Shown here piece after piece: positions 37,363 to 47,578 of a stretch of DNA of 64,000 nt. This DNA is from Bacteroidales bacterium. Lineage in GTDB: Bacteria > Bacteroidota > Bacteroidia > Bacteroidales > GWA2-32-17. The stretch spans positions 2,121 to 66,120 of the forward strand of contig JAOAFV010000028.1 in assembly GCA_026416095.1 (NCBI GenBank). Direction: 5' to 3'. The notes beneath the pieces were generated by a model. It worked only from the letters and a program-made list of their open reading frames with translations. It did not search any database and was not told the DNA's origin. The translations under genes were made by a program, and so were the position numbers. Numbering within the stretch: the first letter of the stretch is position 1; each line of letters opens with the position of its first letter.

Positions 37363-39006
37363 ATGTACTCAAAGAATGATTTGTTATTAAAAAAAGTAAT
37401 GGAATTAAGGCAAATTGCAAGAAAAATTGGTATTAAAAGACCAGAAGAATTTACAAAAGACATATTAATTGAAAAAATTTTAGAAGTTTCTGCAAATAAA
37501 GAAGCTGAAACAACCGAAAATGTAGCACAAAGCAATGAAAACAAAAAAACAGAAAGAAAAAGAATAAGGATTACTAAAACTGAAAAAGTATTTAGTTCAA
37601 ATACCCAAAACATGGTTGCAGCATCTATTGATAAAAATTTCGACACTACCGAAATTATAGAAAAAACCGAAGAACCTTATGTAATTAAAGAGCATAGCGA
37701 AACTTTTGATGTAAAAAATACAAAAACAGACGAATCAAAAACTGCAGAAGACAAAATAAACGAAGATTCAGAAGAAAAAACATTAACCGGTACCGAAACT
37801 AAAGAACCCCCGAAAGAACAAACCTCTACCGATAAAGAAGAAAGTCAAGAAAAACTATTATTAATTAAATACAAAGATTTTGAAGGAATAATTTCTACAA
37901 TAGGTGTATTAGAAGTTATACCTGAAGGTGGTTATGGGTTTTTACGTTCAAGTGATTATAATTATCTTAGTTCACCCGACGATGTATACGTTTCGCCAAA
38001 TCAGATAAAAATGTATGGATTAAAAACCGGCGACACAATAAAAGGTACTATAAGACTTCCGCGCGAAGGTGAAAAATATTTTCCTTTAGTTAAAATTGAA
38101 GAAGTAAACGGATTAGCTCCAGAGTTAATAAGGGAAAGAGTACCTTTTGAATATCTTACACCACTTTTTCCATACGAAAAATTCGAACTTGCAAAGGGCC
38201 CAAAAGCTACAATATCAACACGTATTGTAGATATGTTTGCACCAATAGGTAAAGGGCAACGCGGATTGATTGTTGCACAGCCTAAAACAGGTAAAACAGT
38301 TTTACTTAAAGAAATTGCAAATGCTATTGCCTATAACCATCCAGAAGTTTACTTAATGATTTTACTCATCGATGAAAGACCAGAAGAAGTAACCGACATG
38401 GCTCGCAATGTAAAAGCAGAAGTAATAAGCTCTACATTCGACGAACCAGCAGAAAGACATGTAAAAATAACAAACCTTGTTCTCGAAAGAGCTAAGCGAC
38501 TTGTAGAATGTGGGCATGATGTTGTTATTCTTGTAGACTCAATTACTCGTATGGCTCGTGCTTACAACACCGTTCAACCTGCTTCGGGTAAAGTATTATC
38601 GGGTGGTATCGATTCTAATGCATTACATAAACCCAAACGCTTTTTTGGGTCAGCCCGAAAAATTGAAAATGGTGGTTCCCTTACTATTATAGCAACAGCA
38701 TTAATCGACACAGGTTCCCGCATGGACGATGTAATTTTCGAAGAATTTAAAGGTACTGGAAATATGGAACTTCAACTAGACAGAAAACTTGCAAACAAAA
38801 GAATATTCCCAGCAGTCGACTTGTTAGCTTCTGGTACAAGACGCGAAGAACTTCTACACCCTCAAGAAATGCTCAACAGAATTTGGATCTTGAGAAATTA
38901 CCTTAGCGAAATGAATCCAGTTGAAGCAATGGAATTTGTTAAAGAAAAACTATCTAAAGTCTCATCTAACGAAGAATTTTTAGTTTCAATGAGTAATTCT
39001 TATTAA
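37363..39006 (+). CDS. rho: transcription termination factor Rho with N-terminal insertion
   Basis: Rho_N helix ([18 protein letters not shown]), CSD-like RNA-binding domain ([16 protein letters not shown]), Walker [18 protein letters not shown]. 547 aa because of an insertion of about 120 aa of charged low-complexity sequence. Confidence 0.96.
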   Translation: MYSKNDLLLKKVMELRQIARKIGIKRPEEFTKDILIEKILEVSANKEAETTENVAQSNENKKTERKRIRITKTEKVFSSNTQNMVAASIDKNFDTTEIIEKTEEPYVIKEHSETFDVKNTKTDESKTAEDKINEDSEEKTLTGTETKEPPKEQTSTDKEESQEKLLLIKYKDFEGIISTIGVLEVIPEGGYGFLRSSDYNYLSSPDDVYVSPNQIKMYGLKTGDTIKGTIRLPREGEKYFPLVKIEEVNGLAPELIRERVPFEYLTPLFPYEKFELAKGPKATISTRIVDMFAPIGKGQRGLIVAQPKTGKTVLLKEIANAIAYNHPEVYLMILLIDERPEEVTDMARNVKAEVISSTFDEPAERHVKITNLVLERAKRLVECGHDVVILVDSITRMARAYNTVQPASGKVLSGGIDSNALHKPKRFFGSARKIENGGSLTIIATALIDTGSRMDDVIFEEFKGTGNMELQLDRKLANKRIFPAVDLLASGTRREELLHPQEMLNRIWILRNYLSEMNPVEAMEFVKEKLSKVSSNEEFLVSMSNSY

Positions 39007-39055
39007 TTTTTTTATTTTTTTGTTATTTATTTTTTTTATTAAATAATAAACCCTA

Positions 39056-39063
39056 TAAATTTG
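39056..39063 (+). promoter_or_regulatory. -7 element TAAATTTG, 30 nt upstream of the PFOR ATG 39094
   Basis: Exact TAnnTTTG match. Confidence 0.5.
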
Positions 39064-39093
39064 CAGTAAAATTATTAAAATAAATTCTCTATT

Positions 39094-42000
39094 ATGAAAA
39101 ATAAAAAATTTGTTGTTTGTGATGGTAACTATGCTGCCTCGCACTGTGCTTATTTGTTTAGTGAGTTGGCATGTATTTATCCTATAACTCCTTCTTCAAA
39201 CATGGCAGAAAATGTTGACGAGTGGGCCGTAGAGGGTAAAAAAAACATATTTGGCGAAACAGTACGAGTAATTGAAATGCAATCCGAAGCTGGAGCAGCT
39301 GGTGCAGTTCATGGTGCACTTCAGGCCGGTACATTATGCACTACTTTTACTGCTGCTCAAGGCTTATTACTAATGATACCTGATATGTTTAAAATTGCAG
39401 GAGAGCTATTACCAGGCGTTTTTCATGTAAGTGCCAGAACCGTTGCTACCCATGCACTCTCTATATTTGGCGATCATAGCGATGTAATGGCAACTCGAAA
39501 TACAGGTTTTGCTCTACTGGCTACAGGTTCTGTTCAAGAAATTATGGATCTTGCCCCTATTGCTCATCTTGCTGCTATTAAATCTAGAGTGCCTTTTTTA
39601 CACTTCTTCGACGGATTTAGAACCTCTCACGAAATTCAAAAAGTTGAATACTTAGATGTAGACGATGTAAAAAATCTAGTAGATTGGGAAGAACTTAACA
39701 AATTTAGACAAAGAGCATTAAATCCTCAACATCCAGTAACCCGTGGAACAGCCCAAAATCCAGATATATTCTTTCAGGCCAGAGAAGCATGTAACAGATT
39801 CTATGAATCTGTACCCGATATAGTTGAATATTACATGCAAGAAATTTACAAATTAACTGGTCGAGAATACCATCCTTTCGATTATTATGGTCATCCCGAG
39901 GCAGAATATATAATTGTGGCAATGGGCTCAGTTACCGACACTATTAAAGAAGTAGTTGATTTTAAAATAAAAAACAATGAAAAAGTTGGCTTAATTGCCG
40001 TACACTTGTACAGACCTTTTTCTAAAAAATATTTCCTCAAAGTGTTACCTCCTACAGTAAAAAGAATTGCAGTACTCGATCGAACCAAAGAACCTGGTTC
40101 AATAGGTGAACCACTCTACCTCGATGTTGTTAAAGTTTTTTATGAAGAAAAAAATAAACCACTAATAGTTGGTGGTCGGTACGGCCTAAGTTCTAAAGAT
40201 ACAACACCTGCAATGATTAATGCCGTATTCGATAACTTATACGCTAACGAACCCAAAAACAAATTTACAATAGGAATAATTGACGATGTTACTTATACTT
40301 CTCTAGTGGTAAAAGAATTTTATTTGAAAAATTCTAATGTTTACGAAGCTAAATTTTACGGTATAGGCAGCGATGGTACAGTTGGAGCTAACAAAAATAC
40401 AATTAAAATTATTGGTGAAACCACAAATAAATATGTTCAAGCTTATTTTGCTTACGACAGTAAAAAATCAGGTGGTCTTACAGTTTCTCATTTACGATTT
40501 TCTGACAATGTAATTCGAGCTCCTTATTATGTATCTAACCCCGATTTCGTTGCTTGTCATGTACCTTCTTATATCGACAAATACGACATGCTAAAAGGCA
40601 TAAAACAAAATGGCACATTTTTACTGAATAGCATATGGGATGTAGAAGAAACAAAAAGACGATTACCCGATAAAATGAAAAAAATAATTGCAGAAAAAAA
40701 CGTAAACTTTTATATAATCAATGCTTCTAAAATTGCCGAAGAGATTGGTATACCTGGTAGAACTAACACAATTATGCAATCGGCATTCTTTAAGGTATCA
40801 AATGTTATTGATTACAATCTTGCCGTCGAAGAAATGAAAGATGCTGTAATAAAAACTTACGGTCGTAAAGGAGAAGACATAGTTAACAGCAATATAAAAG
40901 CCATTGAAGCAGGAGAAAAAGTAGTAAAAGTTGAAATACCCGCCGAATGGAAAAATATTGAAATAAAGGAAGAAACTGAAAACAATGAATTACCTGAATT
41001 TATTAGGAAAGTAATGATACCAATAAATCGGCTCGAAGGAGATAATTTACCCGTAAGCGCCTTCTACAACAAAGAAGATGGTACTTTCCCGGCTGGTACA
41101 ACTCGATATGAAAAAAGAGGTATAGCAATTAAAGTGCCAACATGGATACCTGAAAATTGCATTCAGTGCAATCAATGTGCTTTTGTATGTCCTCATGCTG
41201 CCATACGACCTTTCTTACTTAACGACGAAGAATTGGCAAAAGCACCTCAGGGAACAGCTGTTATTAAAGCAAATGGTAAAGAATATGCAGGTTTACATTT
41301 CAGAATACAAGTTAGCGTACTTGATTGTACAGGTTGTGGCAATTGTATTAATACTTGCCCAGCAAAGAAAAAAGCCTTAGAATTTCAATTACTCGATACT
41401 CAAATGGCTGAAGCAGAAAGATGGAATTATATGTTCGAAAAAGTATCGGTAAAAATTATTGAACCTCCATCAAAATCGGTTAGAGCAAGTCAGTTTTCAC
41501 AACCTTTGTTTGAATTTTCTGGTGCATGTGCAGGATGCGGTGAAACACCTTATATAAAGCTAATTACTCAACTTTATGGCGATAGAATGATAGTCGCAAA
41601 TGCAACAGGATGCAGTTCTATATATGGAGGTTCTGCACCATCTACACCTTATTGTTTTAACAAGAATGGCAAAGGTGTTGCGTGGGCAAATAGTTTATTC
41701 GAAGATAATGCTGAATTTGGTTTTGGCATTGCTCAAGGTTATAAAAAAATTAGAGAAAGAATAGCAAGAATTTTAAATGTTTTACTAAATGAAGATATTT
41801 CTGCCGAAACAAAACAACAAATTCAATTATGGCTCAGTAACTTTTCCAATGGAGAAAAATCTAAAGAAATATCACCTATTTTAATTAATTTATTAAAAAA
41901 AGAAAGTCATCCACTTTGTAAAGAAGTATTAGAATATGAACAATATTTTATAAAACCAAGCGTATGGGTTATAGGAGGCGATGGTTGGGCATACGATATT

Positions 42001-42627
42001 GGGTACGGTGGTTTAGATCATGTACTTGCAATGGGAGACGATATTAATTTACTTGTCTTAGACACTGAAGTTTATTCTAATACTGGTGGACAATCTTCAA
42101 AAGCATCGCCTTTTGGAGCAGTAGCTAAATTTGCTGCATCAGGAAAAAGGTTTCGTAAAAAAGATCTTGGGTTACTTGCTATTACTTATGGTTATATTTA
42201 TGTTGCTCAGGTAGCAATGGGTGCAAGTCAATCGCAATATTTAAAAGCAGTAAGAGAAGCAGAAGAATATCCTGGCCCTTCAATGATTATTGCTTATAGT
42301 CCATGTATTAATCACGGAATATATCAGGGAATGGAATTTGCTCAACAAGAAGCAAAATTGGCTGTTGAATGTGGATATTGGACATTGTATAGGTATAATC
42401 CATTGCTCGAAAAACAAGGTCAAAATCCTTTTCAATTAGATAGCAAAGAGCCCGATTGGAGTAAATTCCAGTCTTTCTTAAGAGGCGAAATAAGGTTCGC
42501 ATCTTTAAAAAAGACAGCTCCAACCGAAGCAGAGCAACTGTTGAAAGAAGCTGAAGAACATGCCCGCTGGCGTTACGAACAATATAAAAAATTTGCACAA
42601 CTATTTCAACCCACAAAAACCACTTAA
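39094..42627 (+). CDS. nifJ: pyruvate:ferredoxin (flavodoxin) oxidoreductase
   Basis: 1177-aa single-chain PFOR. Ferredoxin domain with CIQCNQCAFVCP and CTGCGNCINTCP. TPP-binding GGDGWAYDIG ... DTEVYSNTGGQ. Confidence 0.97.
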   Translation: MKNKKFVVCDGNYAASHCAYLFSELACIYPITPSSNMAENVDEWAVEGKKNIFGETVRVIEMQSEAGAAGAVHGALQAGTLCTTFTAAQGLLLMIPDMFKIAGELLPGVFHVSARTVATHALSIFGDHSDVMATRNTGFALLATGSVQEIMDLAPIAHLAAIKSRVPFLHFFDGFRTSHEIQKVEYLDVDDVKNLVDWEELNKFRQRALNPQHPVTRGTAQNPDIFFQAREACNRFYESVPDIVEYYMQEIYKLTGREYHPFDYYGHPEAEYIIVAMGSVTDTIKEVVDFKIKNNEKVGLIAVHLYRPFSKKYFLKVLPPTVKRIAVLDRTKEPGSIGEPLYLDVVKVFYEEKNKPLIVGGRYGLSSKDTTPAMINAVFDNLYANEPKNKFTIGIIDDVTYTSLVVKEFYLKNSNVYEAKFYGIGSDGTVGANKNTIKIIGETTNKYVQAYFAYDSKKSGGLTVSHLRFSDNVIRAPYYVSNPDFVACHVPSYIDKYDMLKGIKQNGTFLLNSIWDVEETKRRLPDKMKKIIAEKNVNFYIINASKIAEEIGIPGRTNTIMQSAFFKVSNVIDYNLAVEEMKDAVIKTYGRKGEDIVNSNIKAIEAGEKVVKVEIPAEWKNIEIKEETENNELPEFIRKVMIPINRLEGDNLPVSAFYNKEDGTFPAGTTRYEKRGIAIKVPTWIPENCIQCNQCAFVCPHAAIRPFLLNDEELAKAPQGTAVIKANGKEYAGLHFRIQVSVLDCTGCGNCINTCPAKKKALEFQLLDTQMAEAERWNYMFEKVSVKIIEPPSKSVRASQFSQPLFEFSGACAGCGETPYIKLITQLYGDRMIVANATGCSSIYGGSAPSTPYCFNKNGKGVAWANSLFEDNAEFGFGIAQGYKKIRERIARILNVLLNEDISAETKQQIQLWLSNFSNGEKSKEISPILINLLKKESHPLCKEVLEYEQYFIKPSVWVIGGDGWAYDIGYGGLDHVLAMGDDINLLVLDTEVYSNTGGQSSKASPFGAVAKFAASGKRFRKKDLGLLAITYGYIYVAQVAMGASQSQYLKAVREAEEYPGPSMIIAYSPCINHGIYQGMEFAQQEAKLAVECGYWTLYRYNPLLEKQGQNPFQLDSKEPDWSKFQSFLRGEIRFASLKKTAPTEAEQLLKEAEEHARWRYEQYKKFAQLFQPTKTT

Positions 42628-43165
42628 AAAACTATAAAAACTTCATTTTTATGGTATAAAATAAAAATTTTCTGAAAACAAAAAGCTTTTACTTGTAGTT
42701 GTAAGTTTTTCTTAAAAAAAGGTTTTGCTAAAGTTTCAAAACTTGTAAAAAATTAATACAAATAAAAGTTTAGCACAAAAAATAATTTTTTTGACACTAA
42801 ATGATAACGCGTATTCATTTACAATTTTTATTAGTCAGTAAATATTTCAAGTAATAAACTAAATGCATATAGCAACTAATTTTATTTGTATGTATTAACC
42901 TAAAAAATTATGAAAGTTGTATAGTTTTATTGCAAGGACTAAAATTTAGATATAAAGAATAAAACTTAAATCTGTTGTTAATATGAGGCTAAATAAGGTA
43001 CTTATCTCATTAATTTTAACGATAGATCTGAAAGGCTTTATAAATTTTCTTCTATTACTTAGAAGTAGTAAGAGATATAAGCAACGAAAAAAAGTTATTG
43101 TTTGTTTAATGGTTTAGGTCAAAAATTCACATTTAAAGATTTTGAGCTTATTCTATCAGTAACCC

Positions 43166-44722
43166 TTAATTTTTTACATTATCTATATTATAATGTAAAC
43201 CAATGTTTTCTTTTCTGTTCAAAGCAAATTTGATAATTAGATATGCCACATTAATAGCATTTCTTAGTTCGCACAAATGCGGTGAAATTTTGGTTTTTTT
43301 GTATATTTCTTCAGTTTTTATATATAATTCGTTTACTTTATTTAGTGACAGATTAAGGCGTTCATTAGATCTAATAATTCCCACATAATTACTCATTATC
43401 ATTTGAAGTTCCTTAAAATAATTTTTTATAATAATCATTTCTTTAGGGAATGATGTACCTTCTTCGTTCCAGTCGGGTATTTTATAATTTATTTTTATTT
43501 TATCGATATAAGAAATTGAATGGATGAAGGCATTATGAGCAAAAACAATTGCTTCTAATAGAGAATTTGAAGCTAAACGATTAGCACCATGTAACCCAGT
43601 ACATGCACATTCGCCTATGGCATAAAGGTTATTAATTGTGGTTTTACCATGCTCGTCGGTTTTAATTCCACCGCATATATAATGAGCAGCTGGGACAACA
43701 GGTATTGGTTCTTTGGTAATATTATAACCTGCTTTTAGGCATTCTTTAAAAATATTAGGGAATTTACTTTTAATTAACCTTTCATCGATGTGTGTAGCAT
43801 CTAACAAAACATATTCATCACCTGTTTTTTTGAGTACAGAGTCTATTGCTCTTGCCACAATATCGCGAGGGGCGAGTTCTTCGCGACTATCGTAATCTTT
43901 CATAAAATAATAACCATCAATAGTTTTAAGTTTAGCACCTGCGCCACGTAATGCCTCAGAAATAAGGAAAGCAGGTCTTTTAACAGGGTTGTATAAAGTT
44001 GTAGGATGAAATTGTATAAATTCCATGTCGGCGCATTCAGCTTTTGCACGATAACACATTGCTATTCCGTCGCCGGTTGCAATTTCAGGATTTGTAGTAA
44101 CATAATAAATATTACCTATTCCCCCCGTGGCAATCACAGTAATTTTAGCTAATATTTTAATAATTTTATTGTTTAAAACATCGTGCACATAAGCACCGTA
44201 ACATTCAATGTCAGGCATCCCTCTTTTTACTTTGTATCCTAAATGATGTTGAGTAATAACTTCTATAGCAAAATGGTATTCCAAAATTGTTATATTAGGA
44301 TTATTTTTAACTCTTTCTGTTAAAACGTTTTGAATATAATAACCTGTTTTATCTTTATAATGAAGCACACGAGGTTCGCTATGACCACCTTCTTTATTTA
44401 AGTCGAAATTACCTTTTTCATCTTTATCGAAGCAAACACCCCAGTTTATTAAGTCATTTATTCTTTCAGGAGCTTGTTTAATTACCATTTCAACTATTTC
44501 GCGTCGGTTAAGCCCACAACCAATTTTTATTGTATCTTCAATATGCTTATTAAAATTATCGGGAAATCTTATTACTGAAGCTATTCCTCCTTGTGCAAAA
44601 TAGGTATTGCTTTCACTAATAGATTTTTTTGTGACTATACAAACTTTACTTTTTTCGGCTGCTTTTAATGCAAAACATAATCCGGCAATACCTGATCCAA
44701 TCACTAAGTAATCAAAAATCAT
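43166..44722 (-). CDS. nadB: L-aspartate oxidase
   Basis: FAD Rossmann DYLVIGSGIAGL, AAHYICGGI, GANRLASNSLLE. 518 aa. Confidence 0.95.
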   Translation of the reverse strand: MIFDYLVIGSGIAGLCFALKAAEKSKVCIVTKKSISESNTYFAQGGIASVIRFPDNFNKHIEDTIKIGCGLNRREIVEMVIKQAPERINDLINWGVCFDKDEKGNFDLNKEGGHSEPRVLHYKDKTGYYIQNVLTERVKNNPNITILEYHFAIEVITQHHLGYKVKRGMPDIECYGAYVHDVLNNKIIKILAKITVIATGGIGNIYYVTTNPEIATGDGIAMCYRAKAECADMEFIQFHPTTLYNPVKRPAFLISEALRGAGAKLKTIDGYYFMKDYDSREELAPRDIVARAIDSVLKKTGDEYVLLDATHIDERLIKSKFPNIFKECLKAGYNITKEPIPVVPAAHYICGGIKTDEHGKTTINNLYAIGECACTGLHGANRLASNSLLEAIVFAHNAFIHSISYIDKIKINYKIPDWNEEGTSFPKEMIIIKNYFKELQMIMSNYVGIIRSNERLNLSLNKVNELYIKTEEIYKKTKISPHLCELRNAINVAYLIIKFALNRKENIGLHYNIDNVKN

Positions 44723-44734
44723 CTTAAATTAATT

Positions 44735-46198
44735 TCAGAATGAAGAATTATCGTTACTATTATTCATCCTAGATTGTAAAGTAATTATCTCGTGGTCGGT
44801 ATTAATGTTCTGAAAATCTACAAATTTAGCATAGCTTTCAATAAACTTGAGATTAACTTCGGCAGTGGGACCATTTCTGTGCTTAGCTATAATTATTTGA
44901 GCAAGTCCTTTTGTTGGCAAGCCATCTTCTGTTTGATCAATATATTTTTCAGGACGATGTATAAATATTACTAAATCGGCATCTTGTTCTATGGCACCAG
45001 AATCTCTTAAGTCGCTTAATTGAGGTTTTTTGTTTAAGCCACCTCTTGTTTCAACAGCTCTGTTTAACTGAGATAAAGCAATAACAGGTATATTTAAATC
45101 GCGAGCTAAAGCTTTTAATGATCGTGAAATTGTGCTTACTTCTTGTTCTCTAGTCATATTAGATTTTTCACTACCTCCAACTGTCATTAATTGAAGGTAA
45201 TCTATAATAATTAATTTTACGTTTTGTTGGGATACTAGTCTACGTGATTTTGCCCTTAAAGTTGCAATAGAGATGGCTGGAGTATCGTCAATAAAAATTT
45301 TTGCCTTTTCAAGTATATTAATCTTATTTAAAATGCGTTCCCACTCATCATTATTTAAGTCGCCATTTCTTATTTTTGAAGAAGGTATCTCAGTTTCCAT
45401 TGAAAGGAGCCTATGCACTAGCTGGATGGACGACATTTCGAGGCTAAAAATACCCACAGCTATGTTATGTTCTAATGCCATATTCCTTGCCATTGAAATT
45501 ACAAAAGATGTTTTACCCATACTTGGTCGTGCAGCAACAATTATTAAATCTGAATTTTGCCATCCACCTGTAATTCTATCAATATCTATAAAGCCAGAAG
45601 GAATACCACTTAGTTTTGTTTCATGTTTACTTGCTTCTTTTATTTGTGTTACTGCATCGCCAATTAATTCTGATAAAGGCATTGCATCACGTTTAATGTT
45701 GCCTGTTGTAAGATTAAAAATTTCGTTTTGGCTATAATCAATTAAGTCGTAAACATCTTCTTCGTCATTATACGCTTTTCTTTGAATTTCGTTTGCTATT
45801 CTAATTAATTCTCTTAATAAATATTTTTGAATAAGAATTTTTGAATGCAGTTCAACATGAGCAGTCGAAGCAATTTTGTTGGTAAGCTTAGATAAATAAG
45901 TTAGCCCTCCTACTTCTTCAAGTTCTTTTCTTTTTTGTAATTCATCTTTTACGGTTAAAATGTCCACTTGTTCCATTTTGTTATATAAAGATAATATTGC
46001 TTCATAAATCTTTTGGTGTTGTTCTTTATAAAAATGCTCAGGTCTTAGATTATCGATTATTAAGTGACATGCTTCTTTATCAAGCATAATTGCACCTAAT
46101 ATAGCTTCTTCAATATCAGTATCTTGAGGAGGTATTTTTCCTGTAATATCTTCTGTAATTTGTTCGATTAACTTTTTATTTTTTATGGCTCTTGGCAT
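44735..46198 (-). CDS. dnaB: replicative DNA helicase DnaB
   Basis: N-terminal domain PPQDTDIEEAILGAIM, Walker A ARPSMGKTSF, IIDYLQLM, RDSGAIEQDADL. Start set to ATG 46198 (MPRAIKNKK) because the track TTG at 46216 lies inside a -7 promoter element (46214-46221). Confidence 0.95.
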   Translation of the reverse strand: MPRAIKNKKLIEQITEDITGKIPPQDTDIEEAILGAIMLDKEACHLIIDNLRPEHFYKEQHQKIYEAILSLYNKMEQVDILTVKDELQKRKELEEVGGLTYLSKLTNKIASTAHVELHSKILIQKYLLRELIRIANEIQRKAYNDEEDVYDLIDYSQNEIFNLTTGNIKRDAMPLSELIGDAVTQIKEASKHETKLSGIPSGFIDIDRITGGWQNSDLIIVAARPSMGKTSFVISMARNMALEHNIAVGIFSLEMSSIQLVHRLLSMETEIPSSKIRNGDLNNDEWERILNKINILEKAKIFIDDTPAISIATLRAKSRRLVSQQNVKLIIIDYLQLMTVGGSEKSNMTREQEVSTISRSLKALARDLNIPVIALSQLNRAVETRGGLNKKPQLSDLRDSGAIEQDADLVIFIHRPEKYIDQTEDGLPTKGLAQIIIAKHRNGPTAEVNLKFIESYAKFVDFQNINTDHEIITLQSRMNNSNDNSSF

Positions 46199-46213
46199 AA
46201 TTTTAATTTTTTT

Positions 46214-46221
46214 CAAAATTA
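46214..46221 (-). promoter_or_regulatory. -7 element (TAATTTTG on minus strand), 15 nt upstream of the dnaB ATG 46198
   Basis: The plus strand reads CAAAATTA. Confidence 0.45.
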
Positions 46222-46330
46222 TCTTGTTATACCATTGCTAACAAGCATTTTGGTAATTTTTTTAGAAAAATTTATTAACCAAAATTGAGTCGTTGTTAAA
46301 AAATTTCTATTTTTGTTAATAAAATCTTTT

Positions 46331-47578
46331 ATGAATTTTTTTTTGTTAATTATTATTGTCATTGTTTTTTCTTGCAAAAAAAATCCTGAAATTAATCAGC
46401 CTAAGGTAGTAATTTACGAACCATCAATATCGTCGTTTGTTTCGACCGATACAATAATGGTAGAATTCAGTATTTTTGACAGCGATGATGATATTGTTAA
46501 AGCAAGAATTTTTATTGGCAACAACAATTTTACACCTGTATCGGATGTTACTATTGTTAATAATATTAGGCAAGGTGAAAGGGTTAGAATTAAACATCCA
46601 ATTAAAGAACGTTGGCTACCCACTGGTACTTATTATCTTGTTATTATTGCAAGCAATAAATACTCATCGGGCAGAGGATTTAAAGAAATACATATTGCAA
46701 CTAAAGCTCCCATTTTAGCTGGCTTACTTGTTGTAGTTCAAGATAATAATGACTTTAAGCTATATGTTTCAGATTCTTTATATAACTTTTCGTTGAGGAA
46801 AGTATATTATAATTTGGTTGATGTTGCTTATTATCCGTTAAATAATAATTTTGTAATTTTGGATAAATATGGTAATTTAATTTTTACCGATACTTCATTT
46901 AATAACATATGTAGTATATCAAATTTAAATAAACCTGGTAGTATTTACAATGGCAAAATTAATTATAAGTACCCATGTATATATGTTAATAATGCAAATA
47001 GGTTTATATATGGTATTAATTATGGGTATAATATTTCTGAAAGCTATGCAACTTTGTATGAACCATATTTTTTTAAATGGATTGAAAGTGAATTAATAGT
47101 TTTTAGTAAAAATAATAACAGTATTAACAATTTTTTTATTGAACTACCTTTGTTAAAAATTCAACATAGTACTAACGAAAAACTTTTAGATGTTATTCTA
47201 TTTAGTAATAATGAATATTTAATAGTAACTAACAACAACTATAATTCAAATGTAAATGTTTATTTATATAACAAATTATACAATAATTTCCGCAAACTTA
47301 ATGAGACTACATATTTAACATATCATGGAAGCATAAATATTAACAACGAAATTTATTTAAGTTTAGATAATTCTTTGTATGTATATAATAATAGTTTTTC
47401 TTCGTTTATAAAAATAAAAGATGAACAATTAAGCAATGTTAAATATTTTTCTTTGAAAGGTTTAGTGTTTGCTACACATGGTAATGAATTAAACATATAC
47501 AATTCTTTTGATTTCGCAAAGATAAATACAATTATATTTCCAAATGAAATATTGTGTTATGATTTTATAATTAAGTAG
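46331..47578 (+). CDS. hypothetical lipoprotein
   Basis: Lipobox MNFFLLIIIVIVFSC (ATG 46331; the track TTG start is 46313). N-terminal Ig-like segment followed by a beta-rich Asn/Tyr-rich region. No family recognised. Its stop codon abuts the stop of the convergent OmpA-family gene. Confidence 0.6.
   Translation: MNFFLLIIIVIVFSCKKNPEINQPKVVIYEPSISSFVSTDTIMVEFSIFDSDDDIVKARIFIGNNNFTPVSDVTIVNNIRQGERVRIKHPIKERWLPTGTYYLVIIASNKYSSGRGFKEIHIATKAPILAGLLVVVQDNNDFKLYVSDSLYNFSLRKVYYNLVDVAYYPLNNNFVILDKYGNLIFTDTSFNNICSISNLNKPGSIYNGKINYKYPCIYVNNANRFIYGINYGYNISESYATLYEPYFFKWIESELIVFSKNNNSINNFFIELPLLKIQHSTNEKLLDVILFSNNEYLIVTNNNYNSNVNVYLYNKLYNNFRKLNETTYLTYHGSININNEIYLSLDNSLYVYNNSFSSFIKIKDEQLSNVKYFSLKGLVFATHGNELNIYNSFDFAKINTIIFPNEILCYDFIIK

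Noticed and set aside
37326-37646. A 106-aa minus-strand ORF overlapping the rho start and leader.
   Set aside because: It is antisense to the well-supported rho N-terminus. Its hydrophobic low-complexity translation mirrors the Lys/Glu-rich rho insert. It has no promoter motif.
42983-43117. A 44-codon ORF (MRLNKVLISLILTIDLKGF...) in the PFOR-nadB gap, considered as a small membrane protein.
   Set aside because: It has no promoter motif and no recognisable family. An ORF of this length is expected by chance in 0.5 kb. It is kept only as a note within the gap finding.
45273-45737. A 154-aa ORF on the plus strand inside dnaB, the longest of about 35 antisense or shadow ORFs in the track. Other examples are 1195..1425, 2730..3083, 4325..4540, 16049..16237, 18407..18682, 22111..22314, 28555..28761, 33911..34228, 35211..35504, 39704..40088, 42308..42616, 51247..51555, 56602..56876, 57226..57447, 60302..60637 and 60861..61076.
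   Set aside because: Each lies entirely within, and antisense to or out of frame with, a much longer ORF that has clear family motifs. Their translations are low-complexity (Ile/Leu/Phe/Ser/Lys-rich) with no recognisable motifs. This is typical of chance ORFs opposite genuine coding sequence.
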